Position numbers and translations under genes: made by a program | The notes under the pieces: model-generated | The model's input: the letters and a program-made list of their open reading frames with translations, nothing else | Databases searched by the model: none | Told to the model about the DNA's origin: nothing | Source of the DNA: Lingula anatina | Taxonomy: Eukaryota > Animalia > Brachiopoda | Direction: 5' to 3' | NCBI GenBank assembly: GCA_051362555.1 | Contig: CM120640.1 | Span: forward strand, 8,246,001 to 8,310,000 | DNA length: 64,000 nt | Shown here: positions 47,201 through 61,053 of the stretch, piece after piece | How positions within the stretch are numbered: the stretch's first letter is position 1 | Layout of the letters: each line of letters begins with the position of its first letter

Positions 47201-48170
47201 GATGGAGCACTTTGAAGTATTGCCAATTTGTTCAAAATTTGAGTTTCATAACACAAGTTCAGCACGACACTGGCACAGTTATCCTGCATTCCGGTGAGTT
47301 AAGTTCTAGCAATGCCAGCAAGAGGTAAGCGAGAGCAGAAAGACATAAAACGCACTAGGGTACGATTACAGGTTTTTAGCGTGGATGCTGTTCAGGCTGT
47401 TTGTTATGTGTTACTTTCCGCTGAGGGCGATTTCAGTTTTGGGTGAATGATGAATGTTTTATGTCCTATTTAAGAACAATTTGAACTCTACCAACTTCAT
47501 GCATATTAGAATCTCGATAATAATGTTTGTGGTTTGGAACATGGAGAGATAACACGCCGTTATTGGCAACTGTGCAGAGTTGTGACACCTAATTTACTGA
47601 ACTAAAAGTCACCACGATCACGACTTAAGAATTAGAAGAGTGTGGGAAGCTTTCGTAGTCTTTACTCAGAGTTCAGAACCACGAACCACAATTCTGTAAC
47701 AGAACTCCTCATGAAAGTAAAGTTATCCGTATCTGCTGTCTACCAGTGAAGCCTATTACACCGTAGCAGTACTAAGATGCTCATAGATATTTTGATATAT
47801 TATTATGTGTCTCATCTTGCATATAGTATTTGAAAACTCCAGATCTCTGCCAGAGCAATAAATGCATGGGGGGGGGGGGGGGGGGGGGGGCTACTGAGTA
47901 ACTAGAAATCTTGATCTTGGAAAACTGAATACGGCGTAATGTTAGACGACAACGAAGGCAGGTATTTTCAGTGGCGGATAGCAATCTGACAGTCCGTCAC
48001 GCGAAGCCCCGTTTCATGAAAGTGAAATTTGTTCCAGGTTTAATCCAGAAAATTTTAGTTTGTTTTGATCAAAGAAAAATGTATAGCGGTTAATTAACTT
48101 GAAATAAAACATAGTTTTGTCATTTCTTTCTTCTTTTTGAGAAAATGAATAAAGTCTTCTAGGAGACCAG

Positions 48171-48317
48171 GGGCCCGTATCTCGAAAGCATCGCGCATTG
48201 ATACCGTGCGCAAGCGTCTCGATTCCATAACTCGCCCATACTCGCCCCATATAATACATTGTAGCCTCTATGTGATATCGCTATTCGCAATACCCGATGC
48301 TTTCGAGATACGGGGCC
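48171..48317. mobile_element. PIF/Harbinger-type MITE, 147 bp
   Basis: 23-bp TIRs gggcccgtatctcgaaagcatcg / cgatgctttcgagatacggggcc (one mismatch), flanked by a CAG target-site duplication. Confidence 0.85.
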
Positions 48318-50373
48318 CAGGACCATATGCAGGATATTTATTGTGATGTGGCCTACAATATTTTATCCGCACTGAATAAGCCTGCCTTTTGACTTCGTAT
48401 ACCAGTAAATACGCGGACATACCATGGTCATAACAACGTTGATAAGTGAGCAAACCCCACCACTAAACAACAGTATTATCAATATTCACCTGAAATACAA
48501 ATAGATGCAGTACACGTATCTGTTTAAGAGGTAGCCTCATTATTCAATCAAGGGGAGGGGACAGTTTCATCATCCTATTTGTCTAGAGATGTAAGGTGCA
48601 CGTGATGTTACGAAATATGTTAGACCTTCTTTGGAGCCTTGACACACTGCTCAGTGCACCACTGTATTAAACAGCATTTCACATATAAATAAACATGCAA
48701 AGAGCTGCTATTTTTTTTTATTAATTTCCTCTTTAAACACCCAAATATCCTAGTTTCCTAGGTTGAACACCTGTTAAGACACGCCTGATGTGACGAAGGG
48801 ACTGTGTTCAGGGTTTAACGTAAAGAGTTGATCACAGTCAGTATTGACCCCTTTTTTGACACCACGCCCCACCCTTTAGTCCCTAGTAACTAAACACAGT
48901 GCTTTGGGTTATCAGTTGGTAAAAGATAAACTGTATCAAAAGTATGCTAGCTGCGTTTGAGAATGTCCAAAAATCATACGTGTGACATATCTCGCAAAAC
49001 ATCTTAGTCAGATTAGTCAGATATTAAAAAAGATAAGTCAGATATTAAAAAAGATAAATCGCCATTAAATAAAAGTAGACCTACCTGATGTCTATATTTC
49101 AGTCCGAAAAGGACTGGAAGACATGGCGGTTTAATCGACTGACCAGTCATTTAGAATTAAATTATTTAATTGTAATTTGAAAAGGTATAAAACGTCTAGT
49201 CTAAGTGCACAGACCATGATTTGGGAGTAGACGGAATAACCGGTAGTTTTTCGAGGAAAATTCGATTTGGAGTGGAAATCCCGGGCGAGACTCCTTTAAG
49301 GTTGTATAATTTCCATTCAATTTATCATTTAAGAAGATGCATTCCTGCTGCAAATAATGCGTTTTATTAATGCATGTCCTATTTATGAACATCGCTTAAA
49401 GGCAAAAGTAAACTATGGCCCGCTAATTTACATCCAGTTTCTGAATCTCTCCATCTCACTTATAGCAACTCGTAGACGCGTCATTAAAATGAAGAGGCAG
49501 CGTCGTTAACGTTATTCCTCCATCAGAAGAAACAGTTTCATCATCCTGCTTGTCCAGAGTCGTATACTATCACAAAATCGTTACCATATCTTCTAATTAA
49601 GCATCACGGGAAGAGAAACAATTGCATAATACACCGAAACTTAACAATGCATCAAGCAAGGCGTCTGAACGCACTCTGCCAATCTTTTTGTATAATGATG
49701 AATTAAAAATGCACTTGAATATCTGTTCATTTTGGTATCGGTGTGTGACATCATTCTAGAATTGTTGTTTAACTTTTCAAACTTTTCATTGTGACATATC
49801 AGTGTGTAATAAGCTAGAATTATTTTGAGGGGTCTTCTTATTTTCCAAAGACTAAGTTCAAACGTTAGTGAGACGTTTTTTTCTCAGAATTCAATGAATT
49901 CTTTGGAATGGTATGAAGGTATTCCCTCTCATATCTGTTCAGCAAGAGGATCAGTTTATGTAAACTCCCAAAAGGGACATCTTTAACGATTTCCCTCAAT
50001 ATAACCTTTCGTGTTTACAAATGTCCCTCTTCCACGGACGTTGAAAGGCAATTTATTTGTAGACAATGGGTCCCTAGCAACAAGAACGAAAGTGCGTAAA
50101 AATATTGCGCAATGATTGGAACAGAGCTGCAAATGATAATGCTTGATAACCAGCGAACGGATGACGTTCTTCAATGAGTCGTGTTTTTTATCCTTTAACG
50201 GGAAACGCTTGCTTGATTACTATCGCAGCCAAGCCTTCCATTTTCATCTTAAGGCAATGCAGCAGGCATAGCAATCAGTTAGCAAATTTGGGACACTCGT
50301 CTGAATAGGCCATAAATGGGTTGCCTATTGTGAATAACGTACCAGAGTTTCCAAGCACAGGAAAAATCCTCAA

Positions 50374-50561
50374 CAGGCACGTAGCCGGGGGGTGGGGGGT
50401 GGGGGGTTTCGGGAGGTTCGAAAGAACCACCCTTTTTGCTGGGAAAAGGTCCACTCTGGGTAAAATTTGGGTTATGTTCTTGAGGATTTTATGGCAAAAG
50501 GTCCACTTTTTCAGAAAACGAACCCCCCCCCCCTCTGAAATTGCTGGCGGCTACGGGCCCG
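50374..50561. mobile_element. MITE with caggcNcgtagcc termini and G/C-run subterminal arms
   Basis: caggcacgtagcc...ggttcg at the left end, cgaacccccc...ggctacgggcccg at the right end, with an internal aaaaggtccact duplication. Confidence 0.7.
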
Positions 50562-50789
50562 CTCTAGTATAGCTAGTACAGGATTCGCCCCTGACACGCG
50601 ACTTTCTACTCATACCCCCTTCCCCGTTTGTCTACAGTACGAGTATTTATGTGGCAGGAAGGTATGATAATCTGGATTTAACCAGGCTAAGGTGTTTGCA
50701 TAACATGTAGAAGAGGGGTGCATCAGAGCACGAGACTAAATAATTTAATTTTCTTATATTTCGTCACTCTTATGTGTATGAAATCCAAG

Positions 50790-51050
50790 TCATCTTCATG
50801 GAACATGTAATTTTGCTGTTTTTGGTTCCGTGTGTCTGTTTGTCCGTTAACAACATTGTGGAGAAGGTTTTGGGCGGATTTTGGGGAATTTTTTAGAAAC
50901 TGTTGGGAGCGAACCAAGTGTCAAACGGTTAGACTTTGCTGGTGACCAATTAAATAATCAATTAGTTAATTAAAAAAGTAGGTTTGTCTGTCAGCAACAT
51001 TATGCGAAACGTAGATTTTGTTGAAATTTTCAGGACAGGTCAGAAATGAA
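50790..51050 (+). mobile_element. Degenerate HINE-like fragment related to 52881-53163
   Basis: gtgtgtctgtttgtccgttaacaacat, gatttt...gaaattttcag and ggtgacc motifs are shared with the intact element. Confidence 0.5.
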
Positions 51051-51586
51051 CAACTCTTCACTTATAAAAACAGATTCATCATGTCCACGCACAAAATATT
51101 TACCAGGTTTATACCCAAAGAATTCTACAAGGAACAGGCTACATACATGTACATAAATTTACTTAGCATTCTACACCAAATGATAAGTTATCAACACACA
51201 TCTAACATGAATGGCACTTGAAACGATCACTTCCACTTTATACTCCTTGACAGATGACGAGTTTCACAGAATTTTTTCACATTATTTGACTAAATGCACA
51301 TTCGAGACGCAATCTTTGACCCATCATACACGATGTGCTGAAGACACAAAACAACTAAGCAAGTCCGACATATAGAAAAAAGGCATTCATACACTTTTAC
51401 GTGCCACTACAAACATTATGTTCTATTCCTGATGACCGTTAAGTGCGTAAAGGTGATTTGCATGAGGAACATGTAGTTGTTGTTTAACACGACATACTGA
51501 TTTTGTCAAGTCATCGTGTGAATAATAATGCATGTAGATTATCTCTTTCCCCAGGTTCACCGTTGGCTTAGAACTTGAAATCCAGG

Positions 51587-54500
51587 ATGAAGACAGGGCG
51601 ATGTGCAGTCAGGATTTTGACTATTTTCTTTGGGCTATTTCTCCAAGGTAAAATGTTTGTAATTTCTGATATTTTTATGAAAGACAAAACGTGGTCTCTG
51701 CTAGTAGTCTACTATTTGATCAGTGATGTCGGATGACAAAGGCAAATTCTAAAAAGGACGCAAAACGTCTTTAAAACAAGCCAGTCTTTATATTTATATT
51801 ATACTTATATTTTTACAGTGGGTCGGCCCACCCCCACCCTTAAGCTTGGGACCCCCCCCCCCTTTTTCCTCGTGAAAGTCCTGAAAGTTCCACGTTTTGG
51901 GTTTTGATTTGCAAATTTGTCGTTTATGTGATCTGCAAAATGAAAAGCGCGGTGAAACAGACATGCCAAGCTGAATATCAAATCTTCGTACAGGTTTCAG
52001 TTATCCCAATGGCGGTATATTGAAGACGTGTGTGAACCTGCTACCAAAACACCACGGCACTAATCAACAGACAGGCAAGGCCCCCTACACCCTGAGTGTC
52101 GCCAAAGACACTTATAAGCCTGGAGAAGACATTGCAAGTATGAGGTCTTTATTAGTTCTCAAAGTGTTTTGGTAAAATTGTTTTCTGTGCCGTACACATT
52201 TGCCAATTCAATCATACCAAAAAAAGATAAACATAATATTTTTGTGACTCTTGTTTAAGATATTTGCCCGCAACAAGTGCAGTAGTGAATCAAGAAGACA
52301 ATACATCTTTATACCACAGGGAAAGGTTATCTTTTTTCAGCTAAGTCTTGCTGCGTTATTTGTAAATCGGCGTGTTTTTTTTATAAATTATCACGAAGAG
52401 TGTGCTCTCATTGATAATAATGACATCAAGTTATTATGATCTACACTCTTGGTTTTCACTTTTCCAGTCGAATTAAAATCACAGAAGATTCCATTCCGTG
52501 GTTTTCAAATCATGGTGCACAGACGGGAAGGCGATACTGAGGAACTGATAGGAAATTTTACTGAATTTTCGACAGACTCTAAACCCTTCAAGTGGTATTC
52601 GGAGAATATAGTAAGTGATCACATGTTGACGGAGATTTGGTCGTCTGTTGTTTATGAAGTACGAGGTTAAGGGACATTAAAATGTTAACGTATTCCTGCG
52701 GTCTAAGGAATAATAATGACTACTTAATGTTTCCGCAGCTTTGAAACGCTTTAACAAATATAGAGCATTTGAAATGACGTCAAGGTGTGCGTTCCATGAT
52801 TCTTTTATCAACATAACACGACTGTATTTTGGTTTAGTGCAACATCCAGGCACATTGCTTTTTACTAATTTTTTTTTTTTTTTTACCTCCGCCAAGGAGG
52901 TTATGTTTTCACCCCTGTTTGTCCGTTTGTTTGTAATCAACATAACTCAAAAAGTTACGGACTGATTTTGATGAAATTTTCAGAAACTGTCAAAAGTGGG
53001 CCAAGGAACAGATGATTAGTTTTTGGTGGTGACCCGGACCAATAATCAATCAATAATCAATAATCATTAATCAAATATATCGAAAATTTAGGGGTGAAAC
53101 GGCATTTGATGGAGACTTTGCTGCCTTGGCGGAGGTCTGCGCTCTCTGAGTGCTTTTCTAGTTGTCTATGATTTTAGGAGTAATGACTTACAATGCCTTC
53201 GGATTATCTTTCAATTTTACTTTCATCTACCTCTATCTATTAAAGATAAAGTTTCATAGGAAAACTGATGATTTTGTGCTTGTGAATTTTTTTCTAGAAT
53301 TGTTTGACGCACAGCGACAACGAAGACAAAACAAGGGTCCAGTTTAAGTGGAAAGCGCCTGGCGTTTCGGAAGGGGACTTGATTGTCAGGTAACTTACAG
53401 ACCAAACAAGGATTTGTCTTACTTAAAGCACTCTTTGAGCACCATGATTTAAAGACCTCATTTATAGAATAATTCTTTTACAGTGTTTTTCGTTTTATTG
53501 AACTCAATTTTTAAACCCACAGGGCAGCGTTCGTGAAAGATTTCGAGCATTTCTGGGCCAACGAGACCCATGTTTTGAGAGCAGAGGTCCCTGTGGTTGT
53601 GAACGAGACTTTCCCGTGGAGGGTAATTATCTTGCTATTAGTTTAGATAAAAAAGAATCACTGCGCCACAGTTTTAACCGACAATCCTATATAAATCAGT
53701 TTTTTATTTTACACACTTGTACTCCCAATTTCAAACTAATTGACTTACTAACGATGAATATCACTTATCAGATATACTGTATAATTGGAAACAGTGTGTC
53801 AGTGAAATTTTAGTGTCTATAAAAATTATGCTTAAATAATAATAATAATAATATCATTCAATAAGTAGATAAGCCTAATGTCTTCTTGATAACATTTGCC
53901 TCCACATATTCACATATCTACATATTCATCCCCAACTGCGTCTCACCTGTTAACCTCTATTCTCAGGTGTCCGTGGACTTTAAGCCGATGCGCGTCCGTG
54001 AGGAGTGCGGGGTGACCAAGGGGTGTGTGAAGTGGCCCAGGCTGTGCCAGGGAGAGGACTGTGATGTGCTGGTAATGTACAAAACAGAAGAAGACCACAT
54101 CGACTTTGAGATGTTTGGAAAAGCAGAGGCGTATTTGTCGCTCGCTTTCTCGGATGACAAGAAAATGGTGAGTAATATTGGAGAAATATAATTGGAATAA
54201 AAAAGGCCTACCATCGCAAACATTGTACAGGTCGCTGTTCAGAAATTAGAAACTGTTGAACATAACTTGTTACAAATTATTTAGGTCATGGAAAATGTTT
54301 AATATTAAGGTCACAGACATATTTTATACAATAAAAATATTTTAAATTGGATAATACTGCAATTGATGACAAAGGAGTATTTCTTATATATTTTTCTTTT
54401 TCTTGATTAATCAAAAGTGTGTCAGTCTGACTTAATTTACTGCAGGGCAAGGATGAAACCATCACGTGTATGTACAAGGAGCCAGTCATACAAATTCAAC

Positions 54501-57500
54501 ATGGGTATAATCCAATGTACTTCAACGAGAGAATCAGAAATGTGGGTACAACATAAAAGAACAAAACACTCATAATGAATTTTAATTCTTATTGTATTCA
54601 CTTACAATATTAAAATATTTATATTCCATATAAGACATACAGGACTAAAGACGCGCTTCCATTCCGATGTGCCATGAAACTTTTGGGTATAACTCGTGTT
54701 AATTTTTTTGTGAAAATACGGGTTGTAATTTGCAAAAGAAATTAAAAAGGCTTTTTAGTTCATTTTAAATCGTTTATCTTTGTCGCATATGATGTTAATT
54801 TTATGTTATTGTTAAGTGTTTAAATCGTTATTGAATACGCCACCTTTTAATTCACCCAGACTGTATTATCTAACGTGGAGATGATGCGTGATGGCGAGAG
54901 AATGTACTGTCGGTTCCGCAGACCCCTCAGTTTCACGCCAGACCTGTGGCTCAGCCTCGCGAACAAATATCCCCCAACGCCCATCAAGGCCATCACCTTC
55001 GATCTTTCCAAACCATGGATACTTTTCCTTGGCTGGGGGCATCTGTATACAGGTTGGTTTGCTGTCGTATTTATCTTTTGTACTTTTCTTGTCCTAAAAC
55101 ACCTTGTGTATTAAAGCAGGCATAATGAATAAGCCAAAATAAAGACTTTTTTAATTAAAATATTTTATCCCTTATTTCTGTATTAAAATCTCTCATCAAA
55201 TTTAGTATAGCCAACCATATGTTTGATACACCATTAGACATTCTGCATTAACGAAAAACTATTCGTTACAACATATTAAATGATATATTTACAATCCTTC
55301 CTCCATACCTTCCCATCTAATAGGCACGGACGTGGTGGGGCATCATAAAGAACTCCCCTTGATAACCAGCAGTCCTGTAGACTTCCAGTCCACCGCCGTA
55401 CACTATGGACAGACGCTCTCAGTCGAGGTACAAGCACATGGTAAGACCATCTGGCGGTCTCGCTTCCTTTATTCGCACATATTTCTGTCAACATTAAATG
55501 TTTCACTGTTTCATGTAAAACGACAACTTGGTCTTTCAAAGTTATTGTTGATATCTTATTATGTTTTAGGTTAATGATTCACTGATTTTTCCCGCGTTTC
55601 AGGAACCCTCATGACGGTGGCATGGGTGGCATTAGCCGGGTTTGCCATGGTTGTCGCTCGCCATTACAGAAACGCGTTTGGAAATAACTGCTGTGGTATT
55701 AAACTGTGGTTCCAGGTACTGGACCCTGGGGTCATCAGTATATTAAACGTGTAAAAAATTTCTCTGCATCTTGACTTTTTATTAGCGGCCGAAGATGTAC
55801 TTTTCCTGTCTCATGTAGACCTAGTTTGGTTTTTCTCTCAAACTCGTGAATAATTTATTTAAAGCGTATTCTTTTAATGTTATTATTTATTTGTTTCATT
55901 TTTATTCACTGACAGATGTTTTTTATATAATTATTGTTGTAATTATTATTATTATTATTATTTCAAATTTTACTTTATACTCATCTGCTTTGTTTTGACA
56001 GAAAAGTCCAGTATAAGCTGAATCATGTTTGGCAAACTTTCAAGTGTCGAATTTTCTATTGAGAAACTGCACATTTTATGTGAAAATAAACAGAAAAATA
56101 TCACAACTGCAAACATAATAGCTTTATATCATACCCCAATTGTTTCTGTATCACTGAATCCTATCTTTTCTTCTCCAGATCCACCGCTTGATCATGATTC
56201 TGGTTGCCGGTTGCACGGCGGCAGGCATCGTGCTGATATTTGTTTATGTTGGAGATTGGAGAGAGGTAAGGTATACAAAGCACACTGTTCGAGATGACGG
56301 CGTATATTTATCTTGGAGTAAAACACTTCATGTCATGTATTGCCAGGCTGGCTGTCTAATGGTTTAATATTAAAGACAATTTCACAGTGAAAAGCAGGGG
56401 TGCCCTCGTTGTGCGAAATTGAAAAATATAATTAACAGCAGAAAAACATTAGCTTTATTACCATAAGCGATGTTTCATACCCCATGCTGCTGATGATGCA
56501 ACGTCGTAAACGTAAGTGTACTGCACCAGTGAAAAAACTGATTTGAAGATTTGAAGTTTGTCTAACGCTAAGTACAAACATTATAATTGTAAATGTATTT
56601 AAATATTTTATATTAAAAAAATACAACCAAATAAATAAAACTCAGTCCCGTTTTCCTAGCGATGAGCATTTACAAAGAAAAATCAGTATCGAAAAGTATT
56701 GTTAAAGGTAGTAGGAACAGGGAATTATATCCGATATAATTCCCTGGTAGGAAGCAATGACTTGCCAAACATTAGGCTGATCACCATTGTGTTTTATTGT
56801 CCTCCTCGTCTTCTCTACCACACCAGGTTGCCACGCTTCACGCCGGGTTTGGACTGGCGGTGATGGGAATTGTGCTGCTGCAGATGATCATGGCCTTCTG
56901 TAGACCAGACCCAGATGCGTCCAGAAGGAGGGTCTTCAACTGGGCACATAGAATTTTTGGAAAGTTGTCTCATGTGGTTGCAGGTAAGCTATTAACAGAC
57001 AAAAATGTCTTGTGTAATACTCAAAATGTACTCTTGGATTATATAATAATTAGATTTTATGTTATATCGTATAACAACAAAACTTATTTTTGAAATTAGC
57101 GATTAAAAGGCGTGCCCGCCCGCGCCCGCGCGCAAGTATGTGTTGGCTCCAAATCAAACAGGCTGTGATCGTATGAGTCGCCTGCTTGTCCCGACGCCTT
57201 ATATATCACTTTTTCGGATATACTATGTTTAACAAACATGTTTCTTTTCAGTTGTGGCACTGTTTCTTGGGGTAAACCTCAGCCTGCTGCCGGAGAAATT
57301 CCGTTTTAATCAGACGGTGGTGCTAGGTGTCTGGGTTATCACACAGATTTTGTGGGAAGTCATCTTGGAGATTATGAAGTGTAGAAGAGAAGCCAGCGGT
57401 AAGGGAATTTACAACGGTAATCCGAAGTTGATCTAAAGTTGTGTATTCATTGGGTAGGCTAGATGGAAAATATCACCTTGTATGAAGTATTGGGTATCAG

Positions 57501-58395
57501 TTCATGAAAAGTAGAATTTGAACGACATTTGCTCTTTTCTATGCAAAGATTTAGACAAGGTCTGTAATGTAGCTATTAAATCTTTGAATCGCAGTTACGA
57601 CCTAATTTCGAGAGATTTTTATTTGATAAAGACGATCGTTCATGTGTTTGCTGTGCTAAATTGTTTTTTCGTTAAACTTCCAGACAAACGAGAAATAACC
57701 ATAAGTATGGATCCCATAGGCAACGGTAAGTCAAAATATAAAAATATATTTTCGTCACAAATTGAACTATGTAGTAACTTAATGAGCATCTCACTATCCC
57801 GTTCCAAATTTACCAAATTAACTATAAGCCGCTTTAAAAAAGGTTCTTTCTCTGATTTACCGAAGTGAAACGGTCACAAACGTTATTTTCAAACAATTCA
57901 TCTATATCTATCACAATGGAAAAAAACCAAAGTACAGATGTTGCAATTCCATGCATTTAGACAACCTCATTTAAAACTAAGCTGGTCGATAATAAATAAC
58001 ATCAAATCCAAAGAATGCTGGATTTCATAGCCGACGTTTCGCGTAGATATATGACTCATACAAATGTAAATACAAAGGACGTTGCTGTTATTGGGGACGT
58101 GTATGCTGTATGTTTTCAGAAATTACTTTGATATGTCAGAACGATGCCGGGATTTATCTTAAAGTTGTTTGAATACTTTTTGTTAAACATATTGATTTCT
58201 GAACGGTTGAAAGGCGCTGTAACATATGTGATCTTATTCTCTATTTCAGGAGATCACACCAAGTCTAGCCTGGATTCCGTGGAGAATCCTAGGAAAAAGC
58301 AGGGTTCTGCGATACTGGCATGCGCACTCGCTCTGTACGGCATCACTTTACTGGTGTTCGTCGCAGCCATTTTAGCTCTCATTTACATGTTTTAA
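51587..58395 (+). CDS. FRRS1: Ferric-chelate reductase 1-like (signal peptide, reeler, DOMON, cytochrome b561)
   Basis: Fifteen in-frame exons: 51587-51647, 51994-52137, 52468-52610, 53298-53389, 53523-53622, 53967-54167, 54446-54541, 54860-55052, 55324-55440, 55603-55715, 56179-56265, 56827-56983, 57252-57398, 57684-57725, 58250-58395. Reeler motifs YPNG...C..LLPKH, PFRGF, LTHS...WKAP. DOMON motif LAFSDDKKMG. Four b561 heme histidines in AHGTLM, WFQIHR, LHAGFG and FNWAHR. Orthology versus paralogy is not determined. Confidence 0.9.
52881..53163 (+). mobile_element. Intact short non-autonomous Helentron (HINE), about 280 bp
   Basis: Subterminal inverted repeat acctccgccaagg (52885-52897) / ccttggcggaggt (53124-53136), gtttgtcc microsatellite, 3' hairpin gcgctctctgagtgc followed by ttttctagtt. 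Inserted in a T-run. Confidence 0.88.
56718..56746. mobile_element. 29-bp perfect palindrome with 7-bp flanking direct repeat (micro-MITE or transposon footprint)
   Basis: gtaggaa-[cagggaattatatc c gatataattccctg]-gtaggaa. Confidence 0.7.
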
Positions 58396-58564
58396 CTTTG
58401 ATGAAGTAATCGCTTGTTGTGTACATATGACAAACTGAGTGCTGACACAGGTTGATTTGACCTGAACGACGTCAAAACTTGAAAAAATGATATAAATCCC
58501 TTTGACCATGTTTTAAATGCATTTTGTATTAACATTCATTTTATTAACTGAATAAAATTTTTAA

Positions 58565-58640
58565 TTTTTCGCATTTATTATACATTTTTTTCACGCATTT
58601 ATTATACATTTTTTCACACATTTATTACACATTTTATACA
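58565..58640. repeat. Tandem repeat of about 24 bp, 3 copies
   Basis: cgcatttattatacatttttt units just after the candidate FRRS1 AATAAA at 58551. Confidence 0.7.
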
Positions 58641-59882
58641 TTTGTGTAAATATATACAAAAGATGTTATGTCGGTTAAATATTTCAATACCCACATATGT
58701 GACAAACGTTACTGAAGAGCAGATTTTGATATTATGCTAATCATTCATCTAAATCGCGTTCAGTTTGTTATTTACGAACATGTTCTTTGGCATAAGGCGT
58801 TAAAACATGAGAAGTAACCTCCCTCCCCTCCCCACTAAACAATTTTTAAAAACCAGAGAGGTAATAAGCGCAAAAAGCAGGCGGGGGGGGGGGGGGGGGG
58901 GGGAGCAAATGGGGTTTCAACTTCCTTAGTGCAAATATCTCTGACAAAATTCACACCTTTAACGTTTGGTTGAAGTATTAGATCACAGTCCTGGCCCTTA
59001 ATATTATAACTATTCAGTTGTAATAATTAGCAAATAAACAAGAGTAAGTAAAATTCAATTACTTTTTTATTTCAATAATAATAGCATTACTTTCTCAGCC
59101 TCCAACTTTTTCAAAATGTAACTCTCAGAAATGATTAAACTTGCAAAAGAGAGAGAGATCTCAGAACTACATAAGAACCAGCAAACACTGCTGTATCAAA
59201 TACGTTAAAACTGGGTTTCTAACTTCAATGAATAATTTGAAGTCTAATCTCGCTTGTGCAGAAAGTTTCATGAAATAAAAGGCATTTCTGAACATAATGT
59301 TAAATATTAATATTTCTTAATACCATTGTTCAATACAGTTTGACAAAAGATGTATGCTCCAGAGATGTTTGAACTTATAAGCAGTCTTGCATATAAAGTA
59401 GGCAAAATATCAATATCATAACAATACGTTTTTAGGATTTTCAATGACAATATAGAGACATCTGACAACTTCATTTTACCATAAATCTGTAACAGGCAAT
59501 TTTTCTTTGGAAACATTCAATTCTATCTAAGATACAGATCACAAAACAACTCATGTAATCAATTAACATATATAAACCCATTTTCCCTCAGATAGTTAAC
59601 TTTTACATTTTTTTAACATGTTCTCTGAGCAACATATCTAACACTTGTTTATATTCTTAATATGTCAGTATCTTTATTTGGGGACATCTGTGAAGAGATA
59701 TAGAAAGCCGATTGTTGGAATTATATAAAACAGGAAATAAAAAGATGATAAAACTCAAATAATTCTGAATATATACATATACAACAGAAACTTTATCAAA
59801 ACCACTGCTTTCAAATTAAATTCCCTCTTCTAAGTACAAGATATGGATCCACTCTCTTTTTTCTAGCATGTTATAAGTTTCT

Positions 59883-60136
59883 TAGAACCCATTCAAATAT
59901 GGTGGACCCTACATGAAAGAAGAGGCCACTAATCTGCAGATGGTTTTCCAGCCTCTAAATGCGCCATCCAGGAGTTTAGCAATTAAATCTCTGAGCTGTG
60001 ATTTAACCCATTTATTTATGGCTCATGTGAAGCAGGGAGACCATCAGCAGATTAGTCCGCTCTTCTTTCATGTAGGGTCCGCCATATTTAAGTGGTGGAA
60101 CAGAGTATCCTAGGATTCTCTATTGAATGGGCTCTG
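59883..60136. mobile_element. Foldback MITE with a partly deleted left arm
   Basis: About 50-bp inverted repeat aaatatggtggaccctacatgaaagaagag...atggt / accatc...ctcttctttcatgtagggtccgccatattt, plus outer agaacccattcaa / ttgaatgggctct. Confidence 0.8.
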
Positions 60137-61053
60137 AGTGTGCCACACATTAATAAGGAATGGATCAGTTTTTACTTTTAAATTAGTGAACAGCAAGTAG
60201 ATAACATAATACAACTAAAGCAAATTACAAAAAATAGAAATAGAAATCAATAAAGTCTTTGGTGTTCAAAAGGCCTTAATTGTAGGGACTCAAAACATGT
60301 GCATATAAAGAAAAGCAATTAAGACAAACACAATTGACACTGATACCAGATGGTACTGGGGAATAAAGCAAGTTGCAACCATTTTTTTTTATTGCAATGG
60401 AACAATGCTTTCCATTTTCAGCAGGATTTATGTAAATAATCTCAAAATAACAAGCACAAAAATTACCAACTTAATTATTTAATGTTGGCACTATGTGAAC
60501 CAAACTTAGTTTAACCTTATTAAATATTTAAAAACTTTCACAACATCTATTTGTCTTTATTCACTTATTTCAATGAAGGTTCTTTCTTAATACCAAACTG
60601 CTAATCTGTCCCCAGGCAGGGCACTGATATAACTGGAATTAATATAGTCATTGACAACTCAATTTTTTCTTTTAGCTCCCAGTACCATTTTCAAGATGGA
60701 GGTGTTCAACAATGCCGCATAAAAACAGCTTATTTTATTAACAGAAGAAAGAAAAACGGATCTTTTTCCACATTTGATACTTGTTCATGAGATCACACAG
60801 ATATTTATGACAAAATTCAGATGAACCATGTAAAAATTACTCCAATCTTTCCCAACAGCCGGGTACTGGGAACAACATGGAATTGAATGTGGCTGGTTGA
60901 TATAATCTTGATGTGTAACTGATAATGTTATTGTGATTGAAGTCAAGTATCAAAAACATTTACACATCCAAACCAGGTACAGGCCACAATGTAAGCATGT
61001 TTTGGTAAGTCATGTGTCACTAACATTTAAAACAAGAACCCACAATACACTTA

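Noticed and set aside
49015-49056. 21-bp direct duplication (similar small duplications near 12740 and 19250)
   Set aside because: Ordinary slippage duplications with no sign of function.
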